Notes under the pieces: generated by a model
What the model was told of the DNA's origin: nothing
The model's database searches: none
The model's input: the letters and a program-made list of their open reading frames with translations, nothing else
DNA from: a virus
Lineage: Duplodnaviria > Caudoviricetes
Virus record (IMG/VR): IMGVR_UViG_3300025635_000041
Span: 1 to 42,950 of that record
Strand: one strand, 5' to 3'
Length of the DNA: 42,950 nucleotides
Translations under genes and position numbers: made by a program
Shown here: positions 28,665-37,569 of the stretch, piece by piece
Layout of the letters: each line of letters starts with the position of its first letter
Position numbering within the stretch: position 1 is the first letter of the stretch

Positions 28665-29462
28665 TTAACTTTGTAAGGCCTGGAAGAAATCAGTAGTGTT
28701 GTCCGTTGGTAAACCTAACCTTGATAAATAATTCCGTTCCACAGGCAATAATGCAGTATTCATGTTTTGCATCTGCCCCGATTCGTCAATTAAGTTTCTT
28801 TTTAAAAGACTTAGATAATAATTCTTATCTTCATCCCCCAAACCACCACCTTGCGAACCTTGCGTAGCTAAATAACTACGTTGTTGTGTCGGGTCTAAAG
28901 TGCCGAATTGTTGCCCTCCAACGCTACGGGAGAATAAATCAAAAGGTTTAGTTGGCTCATCTCCACGTTTAGGAGTAAACAGCTGATCTACTTCACCTAG
29001 ATTTGCGCTCGGCGCTGCTTGCATTGATGATGTACCACTTGAACCACCAGCTCCTAATATTCCACCTAATGTATTAGCAGCCGTATCAAGCATAGATTTA
29101 CCTATTGGAATCTGATATAATGGATTACTTGTTGTAACAGCGTTAATTGTTCCGCCTATAGGGTCTGCTATAAAATTACTAATTTGCTTACCAGGATTAC
29201 TAAAGAAATTCTTTAAACCACTAAAGAAAAACTCCGGCGCACCTGTCTCTGGGTTTTTATTCTCATAACCAGAGCCGACAATATGCCCTCTGTAATCAGC
29301 GCTATTGTCTTGCATGGCTTTTTTGAATTTAGTGAGGAACTCAGGATTTTGTAATACTATCTCACGTGGGATAACTACATCGCCATGAGAAAGGTGCGCG
29401 ATAGTGTTATCGCCACCACGTCCCATTGCACCCATTATATTTGAAATCATTTGTGTGTTCAT
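28665..29462 (-). CDS. Putative internal virion/DNA-transfer protein
   Basis: GRGGD..IAHL..G..VIP and NPETGAPEFF motifs typical of podoviral DNA-transfer protein N-termini. Confidence 0.7.
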   Translation of the reverse strand: MNTQMISNIMGAMGRGGDNTIAHLSHGDVVIPREIVLQNPEFLTKFKKAMQDNSADYRGHIVGSGYENKNPETGAPEFFFSGLKNFFSNPGKQISNFIADPIGGTINAVTTSNPLYQIPIGKSMLDTAANTLGGILGAGGSSGTSSMQAAPSANLGEVDQLFTPKRGDEPTKPFDLFSRSVGGQQFGTLDPTQQRSYLATQGSQGGGLGDEDKNYYLSLLKRNLIDESGQMQNMNTALLPVERNYLSRLGLPTDNTTDFFQALQS

Positions 29463-29496
29463 AAGCTAATTTTAGCTTATAGAAATAACCTGTCAA
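29461..29496 (-). promoter_or_regulatory. Promoter TTGACA-N16-TAAAAT with overlapping palindrome, probably leaderless
   Basis: The -10 box lies 6 nt before the ATG at 29462; inverted repeat ATAAGCTAA-N2-TTAGCTTAT at 29461-29480. Confidence 0.65.
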
Positions 29497-29507
29497 ACGT
29501 GGGTAAA

Positions 29508-31688
29508 TTAAGAGGAAATCTGCGTGTTTCGTTGGTCTAATGGAACTCGTTCAAGTACCCCTTCACCAGGTATCTCTCCGCTTCCTTCAAAACCTCCGCC
29601 TGTCCCCGGTATCGCTCCACTTTCTCCAGGGGGCATGTCAGAAGCCCCTCCGCCCAATTGAAGTTGTTGTTCAAGTGCTGCAAGAAATGCTTCGTCTCCG
29701 GTTTGCGCTTCCATACCTCCCAACTGTCCCTGTCCATTGAATACTCCATGCATTTGTCCGTATAAAAAAGCCACATGTTTTTGTTTATGTAGCATTAAAG
29801 CTTGTAATCCTTCTGGTGATATATCTATTTTACCAGTTCCCATTTGTTGTTTTTCTAGCCCTTTTAGTAATTCGTTTATTATTCTAATATGCGTTGCGTG
29901 GTCTTGGTCTGGGAATACATCAAATAATGGCCTTTCTTGCGGAGGCATAAGAAAAAACATATTTTCCTCATACTGGTCATCTATCCTTTCTGGTTTTTGT
30001 TCTTCTGGCTTAGGTAAGATTAAATCTATATCCTGAACCTCCATAGATTCTAAAGTTTGCTTAGTTATAACGTAAACAGAGTTTTGATTCTGTGCAATTA
30101 TGGGGTTTTGCATACCTAATTGATATACACTCTGCGCTTTAGCCATCTTTTGTTGTTTTGTGACCGATCTTGGATCCATAATAGGGAATATCCTAGTTGC
30201 ACCCTGGAAATCTTCCCTAGTAACGCTAACTTTTTCCTCTTCGTTAGTAAATGTTTGTATAGCAGGGGCGTTATCTTTTACTATGTTAAATATCTTCTCA
30301 AGCTCACCTTCCATAGCTAAGGCTAAATTCTCCATAATAGAGCTTGGCATTTGCAAGCTTTGCTCTAACATAGTTAAAATAGTCATAGGCTGATAAACTT
30401 TAGACACATCACCGCTTACCGCTTCCGTAGTATTGGACAATCTCTGTATAGTAGATTGCATAAACTCGATAAGACCAACATACGCGGTATTAGGCCCCGG
30501 AAAGTTCATTTGATAAATTGCTTTGCTTAAATCATCCGCTGTGCGTGGAACTTTGGTAAACTTACCTATAGGCGACTCAATCTCACCGCCTTTTATACCA
30601 ATATTCTCAGATATAAAACCGCCCATATTACCAGCATTTGCCAACTCTCCTGCATCCAAAGAGTTACGCAACATTTGGTTTAATGATTGGTTTAATTTGG
30701 CAATAAGATGCCCGTAACCAAAACAATAAAAGCCGTCAGTGTTATCTATAAAACCGTAATGTGTAAAATATTCTATAGGGGTTTTTTGGTCATCATCTAT
30801 CTTATATCTTGCGGCAATCCTAAGCACCCTTTCGCTATTATCATCTACCCATATAATAACTGGCTCTTCTATCCCATCGCCATCTAAATCATACCAAGTG
30901 TGTTGTTCTAAAATAACAACGGATTTACCCTCTTTCCCTACTTCATGCATACCTTCCGCATCATCTTCAACATCCTGCATATCTCCCATGTCTTTAAAAT
31001 TAACATCAGATTCAACAGGTAATTTACTAAAAAACCCATCACGGTATAATTTTTTTGCTGTATTAAAATCCATAGTTATGCGGTGGGTCTTTCTCCGCAC
31101 ATCCTCTAACTCGCGCGGTCCAGTCCCATAACAGACAATAAAATCTTGCGCCCTTACTCTTTCTACTTTAGGTAATCCAGTTACCGGGTCTGGATAAGTC
31201 TTACTAAAATCGCTACCCATTAACGCCGCAGCTAACAACATTCTTTTTTTGTCTCGTTTATATCTACGCTGTCTAAAGTTTAAATCGTAATTCATCCATT
31301 TAGCCAAGCGTTCAGCGCGTTGTTGTTCCTCCGGGGTATTATCTTCAAGGGACGTGGTAGAAACAAATGACCTTTGCGGGAATATAGCTTTATATGCCCT
31401 AGCTTGGAAACCAAGGCATGATTCTGTCAAAAGAGGCACTCTTGCATCAGCTGAGTTAAAATCACTAGAAAAGTTATTATCATAATTATCTATTTGATGA
31501 TAAATTTCCAGATATTCCGCATGCTTTGATAACCAATCCGCACGACTTTCGTCATCTTCTTTGGTTAAAGAACAAACCTTTTCCCCTAATATTTGCAATT
31601 CCTTAGGTTCAAAATGAGGAGCTAAGTTTAAAGGGTCTTTGCGCCTTGGTTTAATCTTAGTCTCTTCTTTTGTTTTGTTACGCATCAA
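29508..31688 (-). CDS. Portal protein
   Basis: D..SR..W, PLL.E...FQARAY, G..F.K.Y.D, ILEQH...DLDGDG..EP, FY..G.G.L, L.DAG.LAN; 726 aa. Confidence 0.9.
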   Translation of the reverse strand: MMRNKTKEETKIKPRRKDPLNLAPHFEPKELQILGEKVCSLTKEDDESRADWLSKHAEYLEIYHQIDNYDNNFSSDFNSADARVPLLTESCLGFQARAYKAIFPQRSFVSTTSLEDNTPEEQQRAERLAKWMNYDLNFRQRRYKRDKKRMLLAAALMGSDFSKTYPDPVTGLPKVERVRAQDFIVCYGTGPRELEDVRRKTHRITMDFNTAKKLYRDGFFSKLPVESDVNFKDMGDMQDVEDDAEGMHEVGKEGKSVVILEQHTWYDLDGDGIEEPVIIWVDDNSERVLRIAARYKIDDDQKTPIEYFTHYGFIDNTDGFYCFGYGHLIAKLNQSLNQMLRNSLDAGELANAGNMGGFISENIGIKGGEIESPIGKFTKVPRTADDLSKAIYQMNFPGPNTAYVGLIEFMQSTIQRLSNTTEAVSGDVSKVYQPMTILTMLEQSLQMPSSIMENLALAMEGELEKIFNIVKDNAPAIQTFTNEEEKVSVTREDFQGATRIFPIMDPRSVTKQQKMAKAQSVYQLGMQNPIIAQNQNSVYVITKQTLESMEVQDIDLILPKPEEQKPERIDDQYEENMFFLMPPQERPLFDVFPDQDHATHIRIINELLKGLEKQQMGTGKIDISPEGLQALMLHKQKHVAFLYGQMHGVFNGQGQLGGMEAQTGDEAFLAALEQQLQLGGGASDMPPGESGAIPGTGGGFEGSGEIPGEGVLERVPLDQRNTQISS
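29537..29737 (-). CDS. Small conserved gene nested in another frame of the portal 3' end, 66 aa
   Basis: GGAG-N6-ATG; W..WK.KPETKHF...RYRGQ...L resembles the usual post-portal protein. Confidence 0.7.
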   Translation of the reverse strand: MDRDSWEVWKRKPETKHFLQHLNNNFNWAEGLLTCPLEKVERYRGQAEVLKEAERYLVKGYLNEFH

Positions 31689-33345
31689 AATTTAACCTTT
31701 GTATATAATCTTCAAGTTCAAGAGCTTTTGAATTAGCCTTTTTTTCCATTTCTTGCATATATAGTTTGTGACGTAGTTTGTTCCTCCATACCCAAGGAAT
31801 CATACCGTCACCGTGTATTTTTAAATTAAGTTTCTCCCTTAAAAAGTAGTAATTCCTAAATTCCTGTAATTGAGCAAGGAATTGTCCTTCTGTCCAAAAA
31901 GTACGTTTAATCTTTTTTGGTCCATAAGTTTCTACTTCAAGGGTAACTTCTTCGTACTTCATAGTACCATTATCTTTCTTTTCCTGCAAATCTGGCTTAG
32001 AATAGTAAGAACAATCATAACCGAACAGCTCCATATTACGAAAACCTAAACCCTCTAAGACAGATATACCCCTTGTGGAAGTAGCCGAACCTCCTACTAT
32101 CAAACAATCACCGTTACTTAAGAAATCTTCCTCATGCGCGCCTACTGCGACATGGTATCCTATGACTTTAGCTTTACGCTCCAACAATCTTTCAGTAACA
32201 ATCGGATCTACCATTGACGCAACAAACACTAATGAATCTGGGTGGATGTCATCAGTGAAATTTGCTACATGTGAGCGCGGGTCTAACAAAATAACAGCCC
32301 AAGGAATTATGCCAGCCTCATGTAATGGTTTAATAGCGTGCTTTACAGCTACTATCTTAATCCCATTATCATAATACTCCTTAACTTGTATGGGGTCTAA
32401 AGATGGCCCAGCACTGCAAATAACAATAGTTTCGTCTGTTTGTTTGCATGGCGCGTACCAATTACGGATTAATCTTACATTCTTGGAAATATTATTTCGT
32501 ATGACTTCCTTATCTACACAGTTTTTAGTTTTAATCTTTATGTCGTTAACATCAACCGCCTGAGGAATTATAGGTTCCCCGCTACGCATTTGCTGAATTT
32601 TTTGCGCTAACGCTAATTTAGCTGGCGCACCTTTAAAATGCTCCATAGTTTCGCCAAGGATAGATATATTAAATACATCACGCCCTTCTATACCTTCTGA
32701 TATGTTGTGATATGTGAGGCTAGAGAACTCTTCACGTAATCTATCAAATATATAACTATCGTGGTATTGCTTATGTGATAATACCTCATCTTTTACATAC
32801 ATTTCATGGAATCGCTCTATGAATTGTCCTGCTGTTTCTGTTTTATAGATAACGAGACCACATTCTGAATGGTCCCAATCTTTGCGCCCTAAATAAGATA
32901 TATCGGCTCCATTATGCCATTTCTCTATATCTTCTACTGTTACCTCAGATTTAACCATAATATCAGCATCCAACCAGATAATGTAATCCACGCCATTTTG
33001 TTTGGCAAATAAGTAGGCCTGATAAAGAGCAAATATCTTATGGGAGAAATCTATGTAATTAGTCCTGTAATCACCTTCGTTTTTATAATCCTTGTGACGT
33101 GTGTAAAAATCAGTTTCGTCTTTTGTTGCGCCTGTCTCTATATGAATTAATCTACCTTCTTTAGCACCTACATTATTAATCAAGTTATCTAGGCTTTTAC
33201 TAACTACTTCACTCAAATCATCTTTGTATATTTTTATAAGCAAAGGTATTTCAGTAGGGAAGTTCTGCAAATAAGATACAGTGCATACATTTAAGTATTC
33301 GTACCAATCTTTATTAGGGAACGTTGTTATTGTTACGTATTTCAT
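31678..33345 (-). CDS. Two-domain protein: GT-A glycosyltransferase + MptE-like/DUF115 (Maf-type) domain
   Basis: N: FSHKIFA, WLDAD, YLGR....SECG, HDSYIFD, HFKG. C: ICSAGPSL, DP, GGS...R, GFR...LFGYD. Confidence 0.8.
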   Translation of the reverse strand: MKYVTITTFPNKDWYEYLNVCTVSYLQNFPTEIPLLIKIYKDDLSEVVSKSLDNLINNVGAKEGRLIHIETGATKDETDFYTRHKDYKNEGDYRTNYIDFSHKIFALYQAYLFAKQNGVDYIIWLDADIMVKSEVTVEDIEKWHNGADISYLGRKDWDHSECGLVIYKTETAGQFIERFHEMYVKDEVLSHKQYHDSYIFDRLREEFSSLTYHNISEGIEGRDVFNISILGETMEHFKGAPAKLALAQKIQQMRSGEPIIPQAVDVNDIKIKTKNCVDKEVIRNNISKNVRLIRNWYAPCKQTDETIVICSAGPSLDPIQVKEYYDNGIKIVAVKHAIKPLHEAGIIPWAVILLDPRSHVANFTDDIHPDSLVFVASMVDPIVTERLLERKAKVIGYHVAVGAHEEDFLSNGDCLIVGGSATSTRGISVLEGLGFRNMELFGYDCSYYSKPDLQEKKDNGTMKYEEVTLEVETYGPKKIKRTFWTEGQFLAQLQEFRNYYFLREKLNLKIHGDGMIPWVWRNKLRHKLYMQEMEKKANSKALELEDYIQRLNFDA

Positions 33346-33347
33346 GA

Positions 33348-33509
33348 TTAATCCTTTATCTCTGCGAAATATTTATTATTAGAATTTCTGTAAGTATTAA
33401 TAATTAATCCTAGATATTTATTACCAATTTTGTTTAATTTGCCGTTACTAGTTAGATAGACAGCGTGTCCAATTAGGGGTATATATTCCGCCTCACATTC
33501 GCAAATCAT
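33348..33509 (-). CDS. Small hypothetical protein, 53 aa
   Basis: TAATG coupling to the cupin gene; fills the gap; translated by hand. Confidence 0.5.
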   Translation of the reverse strand: MICECEAEYIPLIGHAVYLTSNGKLNKIGNKYLGLIINTYRNSNNKYFAEIKD

Positions 33510-33835
33510 TATTTTCTCTCAATATCGTCTTCAGTTACTTTCTTTCCGTATTGTAGCTCTAAGGCGTAAACTGGTTCTCCTGAAAACGCCATAAAAGTGT
33601 GCCATGTATTAGGTTTAATTTTCCAAATCTGAAAAGGGAATGCACACCATTCAAATGTTTGAGGTTCACGCACTCCCCACCCCTTAATAAACCACCATAT
33701 TTCAGTTCTATGTTTATGTCTTTGTAACGATAATTCTCCTCCTGGCTTAAACCTCAACAACTTTACACAAAACCAAGGTGTCCGCATCAAAGTAGCATAC
33801 CATCCCCAATTACGTTTCTTTGGCCAATTCAACAT
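33509..33835 (-). CDS. Cupin, mannose-6-phosphate isomerase C-terminal-like
   Basis: R.WG.Y, VK.L..KPG..LSLQRH.HR.E.W, WH, E.QYG....E.DIER. Confidence 0.85.
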   Translation of the reverse strand: MLNWPKKRNWGWYATLMRTPWFCVKLLRFKPGGELSLQRHKHRTEIWWFIKGWGVREPQTFEWCAFPFQIWKIKPNTWHTFMAFSGEPVYALELQYGKKVTEDDIERK

Positions 33836-34163
33836 AAAAACTCCAAATTATTACTCCAACCGAAACCTTGAGCACTGCTATTGCATAAGCATTTCTTTCA
33901 TATAATAAAAAAGGCAATATTAATAAAAGAGGTAAAGTTTTATAAACCATTTTATTTTGTATCTTCTTTTGTCGCACCTGAAATAAATACTGCTCTCTTT
34001 CTTTTAAATTTTTAATCGCCCAATACTCACCCCTAGTTTGCTGTCTGTCTCCTAAAGTTTTAGTTATAATAAATATCGCTACTATAAACCCAATAAATCC
34101 GGAAATCATTTCAACCATGTAATCTATCTTCTTCAATAATAGCTTGACTAAAATCAAACCCAT
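33810..34163 (-). CDS. Small membrane protein (start probably ~34118)
   Basis: Three hydrophobic stretches; coupled to neighbouring ORFs. Confidence 0.55.
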   Translation of the reverse strand: MGLILVKLLLKKIDYMVEMISGFIGFIVAIFIITKTLGDRQQTRGEYWAIKNLKEREQYLFQVRQKKIQNKMVYKTLPLLLILPFLLYERNAYAIAVLKVSVGVIIWSFYVELAKET

Positions 34164-34590
34164 TAGACCACCTTGCTAATAAATGGCTGCTACTTTGCGC
34201 GTTATTACCACCAAGGCCAAATATTACAGGAATATTAAGCTTCTCACATATATCTTGCTCTGGTGTATTTTTAGCAGTTCTATCGCCGCCCTTGCCAAAT
34301 ATTAGGAATCTATGTTTAAAGCCTATATGATTACGGATAGCTTCTATATCCTTAGATACATCACTAAGCGTCGTTGATTCCCATATTGTTGTCACACCTT
34401 TTACAGTGTTAAGCACATCTGCTCTTTGTGTTAAAGACATGAACGCTTTGCCTTTTTTCTTAACAAGCCAGTCATCACTATTAAGAATGACGCATATCTC
34501 TCCTATCTCTGCAGCTTGCGCAAACATTTTAGCATGTCCGTCATGATACGGGTCGAACCCACCACTAAGTAATACTATTGGTTTTTCCAT
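34111..34590 (-). CDS. Cytidylyltransferase-family nucleotidyltransferase
   Basis: SGGFDP.H.GH (HxGH), LNSD.WL..KKG..FM, GGDR...N.PE, QSSS. Confidence 0.9.
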   Translation of the reverse strand: MEKPIVLLSGGFDPYHDGHAKMFAQAAEIGEICVILNSDDWLVKKKGKAFMSLTQRADVLNTVKGVTTIWESTTLSDVSKDIEAIRNHIGFKHRFLIFGKGGDRTAKNTPEQDICEKLNIPVIFGLGGNNAQSSSHLLARWSNGFDFSQAIIEEDRLHG

Positions 34591-35234
34591 GTTAATATAT
34601 AATCCTTTCTTACTTGTTGAACTACCTGCATACCCATTTGTTGTAGTATCTTTAATGCATCATGGTTTGTGCGTTGCTCTACACATACCACGGGACGTAA
34701 TGCATATAAAATTTTATCCATACCAAGAACGCAATCAGCTTCCATGCCCTCAGTGTCTATTTTAACTAAGCATTCATGAGGTTTAATATCATACAATTCT
34801 ATATCCCAATGGAGATGTTTGTTGTTTATAGGCTTAACAAATGGACCGCTTCCTTCTTTTCTAGGCAGCTTTTTAATAGTGACTGCCCCAGAATTATTTA
34901 TATCTACTTCAACTATTTCCACAAACCTGAGTTCTTCGCTAACTCCATGCGCCCATAAAAAGCGTTTAATATCTTTATTATCCAAATTCTTTTCTAAGCA
35001 TTCATAAGTTTTTAAATTAGGTTCGTACGCCTCTATTTTCTTAAATCCAGCCCTATGCGCCATCAATGACCATAACCCTACATGCGCTCCTATATCGTAA
35101 AATATCTTAGGCTCTTTCACATAAGATATAGCAGTGTCGAATATATCTTTCTGGTAATTGCCTTGTTCGTCAATCATCCCTAATTTAAAATGAGTATCGC
35201 TTTCGGGAAACCATACACCGCATACTTGTTTCAT
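34575..35234 (-). CDS. FkbM-family methyltransferase
   Basis: DIGAHVGLWS, AYEP, NSG, KIDTEG.E, PV..VE. Confidence 0.88.
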   Translation of the reverse strand: MKQVCGVWFPESDTHFKLGMIDEQGNYQKDIFDTAISYVKEPKIFYDIGAHVGLWSLMAHRAGFKKIEAYEPNLKTYECLEKNLDNKDIKRFLWAHGVSEELRFVEIVEVDINNSGAVTIKKLPRKEGSGPFVKPINNKHLHWDIELYDIKPHECLVKIDTEGMEADCVLGMDKILYALRPVVCVEQRTNHDALKILQQMGMQVVQQVRKDYILTWKNQ

Positions 35235-35713
35235 GTGTAATGCCTCACAATCTTTATGTCCTTGTTAGTCTGCAACATCAATTCCCACCATTCTTTAGGC
35301 TTAATTGTTACGTGGACATTTTCGCCATTAGTAAATGTCTTTTTCGCTGGTTGCGTGGAGATAGATAAAAACAAAACTTTATGCGTAAAAAACATTAACT
35401 CATGTAATACTTTACCTACATCGCTTTCTGGGACGTGTTCTAAAACATCAGTACATATTACCATGTCAAATAACTCATCATCAGAAGGCTTTAAGTCATA
35501 AGGATAACAATAAGGGTCATACAAATACACTTTGTCGGCTAATTTCTCTTTATGGCACTTTGCCTTTCCGCAGCCGTAATCTAGGATGCTACGACAATCA
35601 TACTCCTGTATTAACTTCTTTATCTCTGGCAAATGCATTTCTAGACTACCACCACCAAACATTTTCTTTTCGTGCATGCGGCGATATTCTGAGGCTATAT
35701 ACTCTTTATTCAT
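35231..35713 (-). CDS. Class I SAM-dependent methyltransferase
   Basis: ILDYGCGK, YDP, FD.VICTDVLEHVPE, N.H....P..WW. Confidence 0.88.
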   Translation of the reverse strand: MNKEYIASEYRRMHEKKMFGGGSLEMHLPEIKKLIQEYDCRSILDYGCGKAKCHKEKLADKVYLYDPYCYPYDLKPSDDELFDMVICTDVLEHVPESDVGKVLHELMFFTHKVLFLSISTQPAKKTFTNGENVHVTIKPKEWWELMLQTNKDIKIVRHYT

Positions 35714-35979
35714 GACTTTATTTCCTCCAGAAGCATATTAGCAAATTTATAAGCCTCTCCTCTTGGCATAGGAAAATCGAAACTTTGACCACATTTTTCA
35801 AATCTGAATATATAGCCGCCCTTAGTATCTCCAAGCACTTCTAAGCTCGCTCCTTTATCTGCGCTTGCTTGGTGTGCGAATCTAAAAAAACTAGTTCCTA
35901 TAGAACCTAATATACAGCCAATGTTATTGCGTATCTTATTCATATTTAGTACTAGGTATGTTAGTAAATTCATTATCAC
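35710..35979 (-). CDS. Hypothetical protein
   Basis: Coupled ORF within the cluster. Confidence 0.5.
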   Translation of the reverse strand: MIMNLLTYLVLNMNKIRNNIGCILGSIGTSFFRFAHQASADKGASLEVLGDTKGGYIFRFEKCGQSFDFPMPRGEAYKFANMLLEEIKS

Positions 35980-36736
35980 AAGCGCGTTGCCAGTATTCGT
36001 ATTCCTCTGTCCATAGTTGAGCGTACGCTACATCCTGCCATTCAGGAAACCACGGCCCACCTAAAGTGTAATGGATCACATCTGGTTTAGCAGACTGGTA
36101 AGCTGAAATATTAGGCGATAACCCCTCAATCCAGTTATATGTCGAAGGTAAAGTACCAATGTCTTTGTCTTCCAGCCAATTAAAAGCGTGCATATCGCCA
36201 CCATTAGCCCGATTTACCATATCAATAGTAAGATGTTTATTCTTAGGATGTGCGCAGTTCCACAACACAAAACTAGACCAGTTCTTACGGTGATACTTAG
36301 TCTGCGGTTGGTCATCCATCTTAACAGTTTCAATAGGCTTTTGGTTATGTTTTACAACCATACAAGCGTATTTATTATCGCATAGATCAAATAACTTCTT
36401 TGGATTGGATGTGAATATCATATCGCAATCCATAAACAACGCCCATCCCTTATATTCATTTAAATAAGGAACTAAAAACCTAGTATGTGAAAACTCTGTG
36501 CTAAATGGCTTAAGGTCAAACATATCAACCCTATTACCGTCATGCGCTTGAGTTAACCAAGGCCTATAAAATAAACCTTGTTTACGTAGCTCCTTATGTT
36601 TTAAAGGAATAATGTTTATATTAAACCTCTTAGCTTGACGTAAAATAGAATGTTTACATACTTGATATGCTACATCTTCCCTTGCGTCCCATCCTATATA
36701 TATATTATGCATGCAATAACCTCCATGCCGTGCCAT
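35936..36736 (-). CDS. GT-A glycosyltransferase (GT8/CDI-like; likely start 36712)
   Basis: IGWD.RE..AY.VC..SI, STEFS.TRFLVP, FMDCDM (DxD), RKNWSS, HYT.GGPW. Confidence 0.88.
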   Translation of the reverse strand: MARHGGYCMHNIYIGWDAREDVAYQVCKHSILRQAKRFNINIIPLKHKELRKQGLFYRPWLTQAHDGNRVDMFDLKPFSTEFSHTRFLVPYLNEYKGWALFMDCDMIFTSNPKKLFDLCDNKYACMVVKHNQKPIETVKMDDQPQTKYHRKNWSSFVLWNCAHPKNKHLTIDMVNRANGGDMHAFNWLEDKDIGTLPSTYNWIEGLSPNISAYQSAKPDVIHYTLGGPWFPEWQDVAYAQLWTEEYEYWQRACDNEFTNIPSTKYE

Positions 36737-37475
36737 TCTTAATTTCTTCTAATGTGAATTGATTGTAACTTATAAACCTTAATAACTGGTCTACTCTCTC
36801 ATTTGTCTCTGGTTGAATTTTATTATCGATAACATCTTGTAAAGTATTTCGAGACCAATTTCCCACTATACTATGCATTCCACTTACTACAGGAACTCCC
36901 TTAATCACAGCATCTACTGCAACATTACTATTAAATGTTATTACGCAACTAGCGTCCTGTAAATCATGTTCTAATGGTGACGTGTCTGATTTATGGCGCA
37001 CCTTGAAAGACTTCCCATCTAAAACCTGTGTAATCTCTTTTTCCCACCAACCAGGTTTATGTCCGTGGTATGCCTCCATATATTCCGAAGGAGGAACAAC
37101 AAGTATACGTCCTTTTGAGTTAAACCACTCTTCGCGCTTAAACTTAAGCTTTTTTAACCTATCGTCCCATAACCAATTTTCTACATACTTAGCTTGCAAC
37201 CCATTCTTACTAATACGGTAATAGCCATCAAAATGCCCCGGATTGATATATCCACGGTCTACCATATAATAATCAACACCATATTGTTCGTTGTGCTTAA
37301 ATATATCACCTGTGCCACGAAGGATGCCATATCCTACAGCTGTATGCTTATTGGTGCTTTTGATATAATTATCAGCCCAACTAGTATGTTTGATGATATT
37401 TTCAGGAATACCGGCATGAAGGGCTTTACTTACATGCTCGTTGATGTGATGGTCAGTCTGCCATACGTAGATCAT
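36705..37475 (-). CDS. GT-B glycosyltransferase-like protein (KpsS/KpsC capsule-synthesis-like)
   Basis: D.GY, ILV.PP, VRHK, VITFNSNVAVDAVIKGVPV, Y.QF...E...G.AW. Confidence 0.72.
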   Translation of the reverse strand: MIYVWQTDHHINEHVSKALHAGIPENIIKHTSWADNYIKSTNKHTAVGYGILRGTGDIFKHNEQYGVDYYMVDRGYINPGHFDGYYRISKNGLQAKYVENWLWDDRLKKLKFKREEWFNSKGRILVVPPSEYMEAYHGHKPGWWEKEITQVLDGKSFKVRHKSDTSPLEHDLQDASCVITFNSNVAVDAVIKGVPVVSGMHSIVGNWSRNTLQDVIDNKIQPETNERVDQLLRFISYNQFTLEEIKNGTAWRLLHA

Positions 37476-37569
37476 ATAATCCTTTCCGAACCACCAGAAA
37501 GTTATTGCCTAGCAAAGGTGTTCAAGCTACTACTAGGCGAATTCATTTTATCTTTTGCAATTTATCGTG

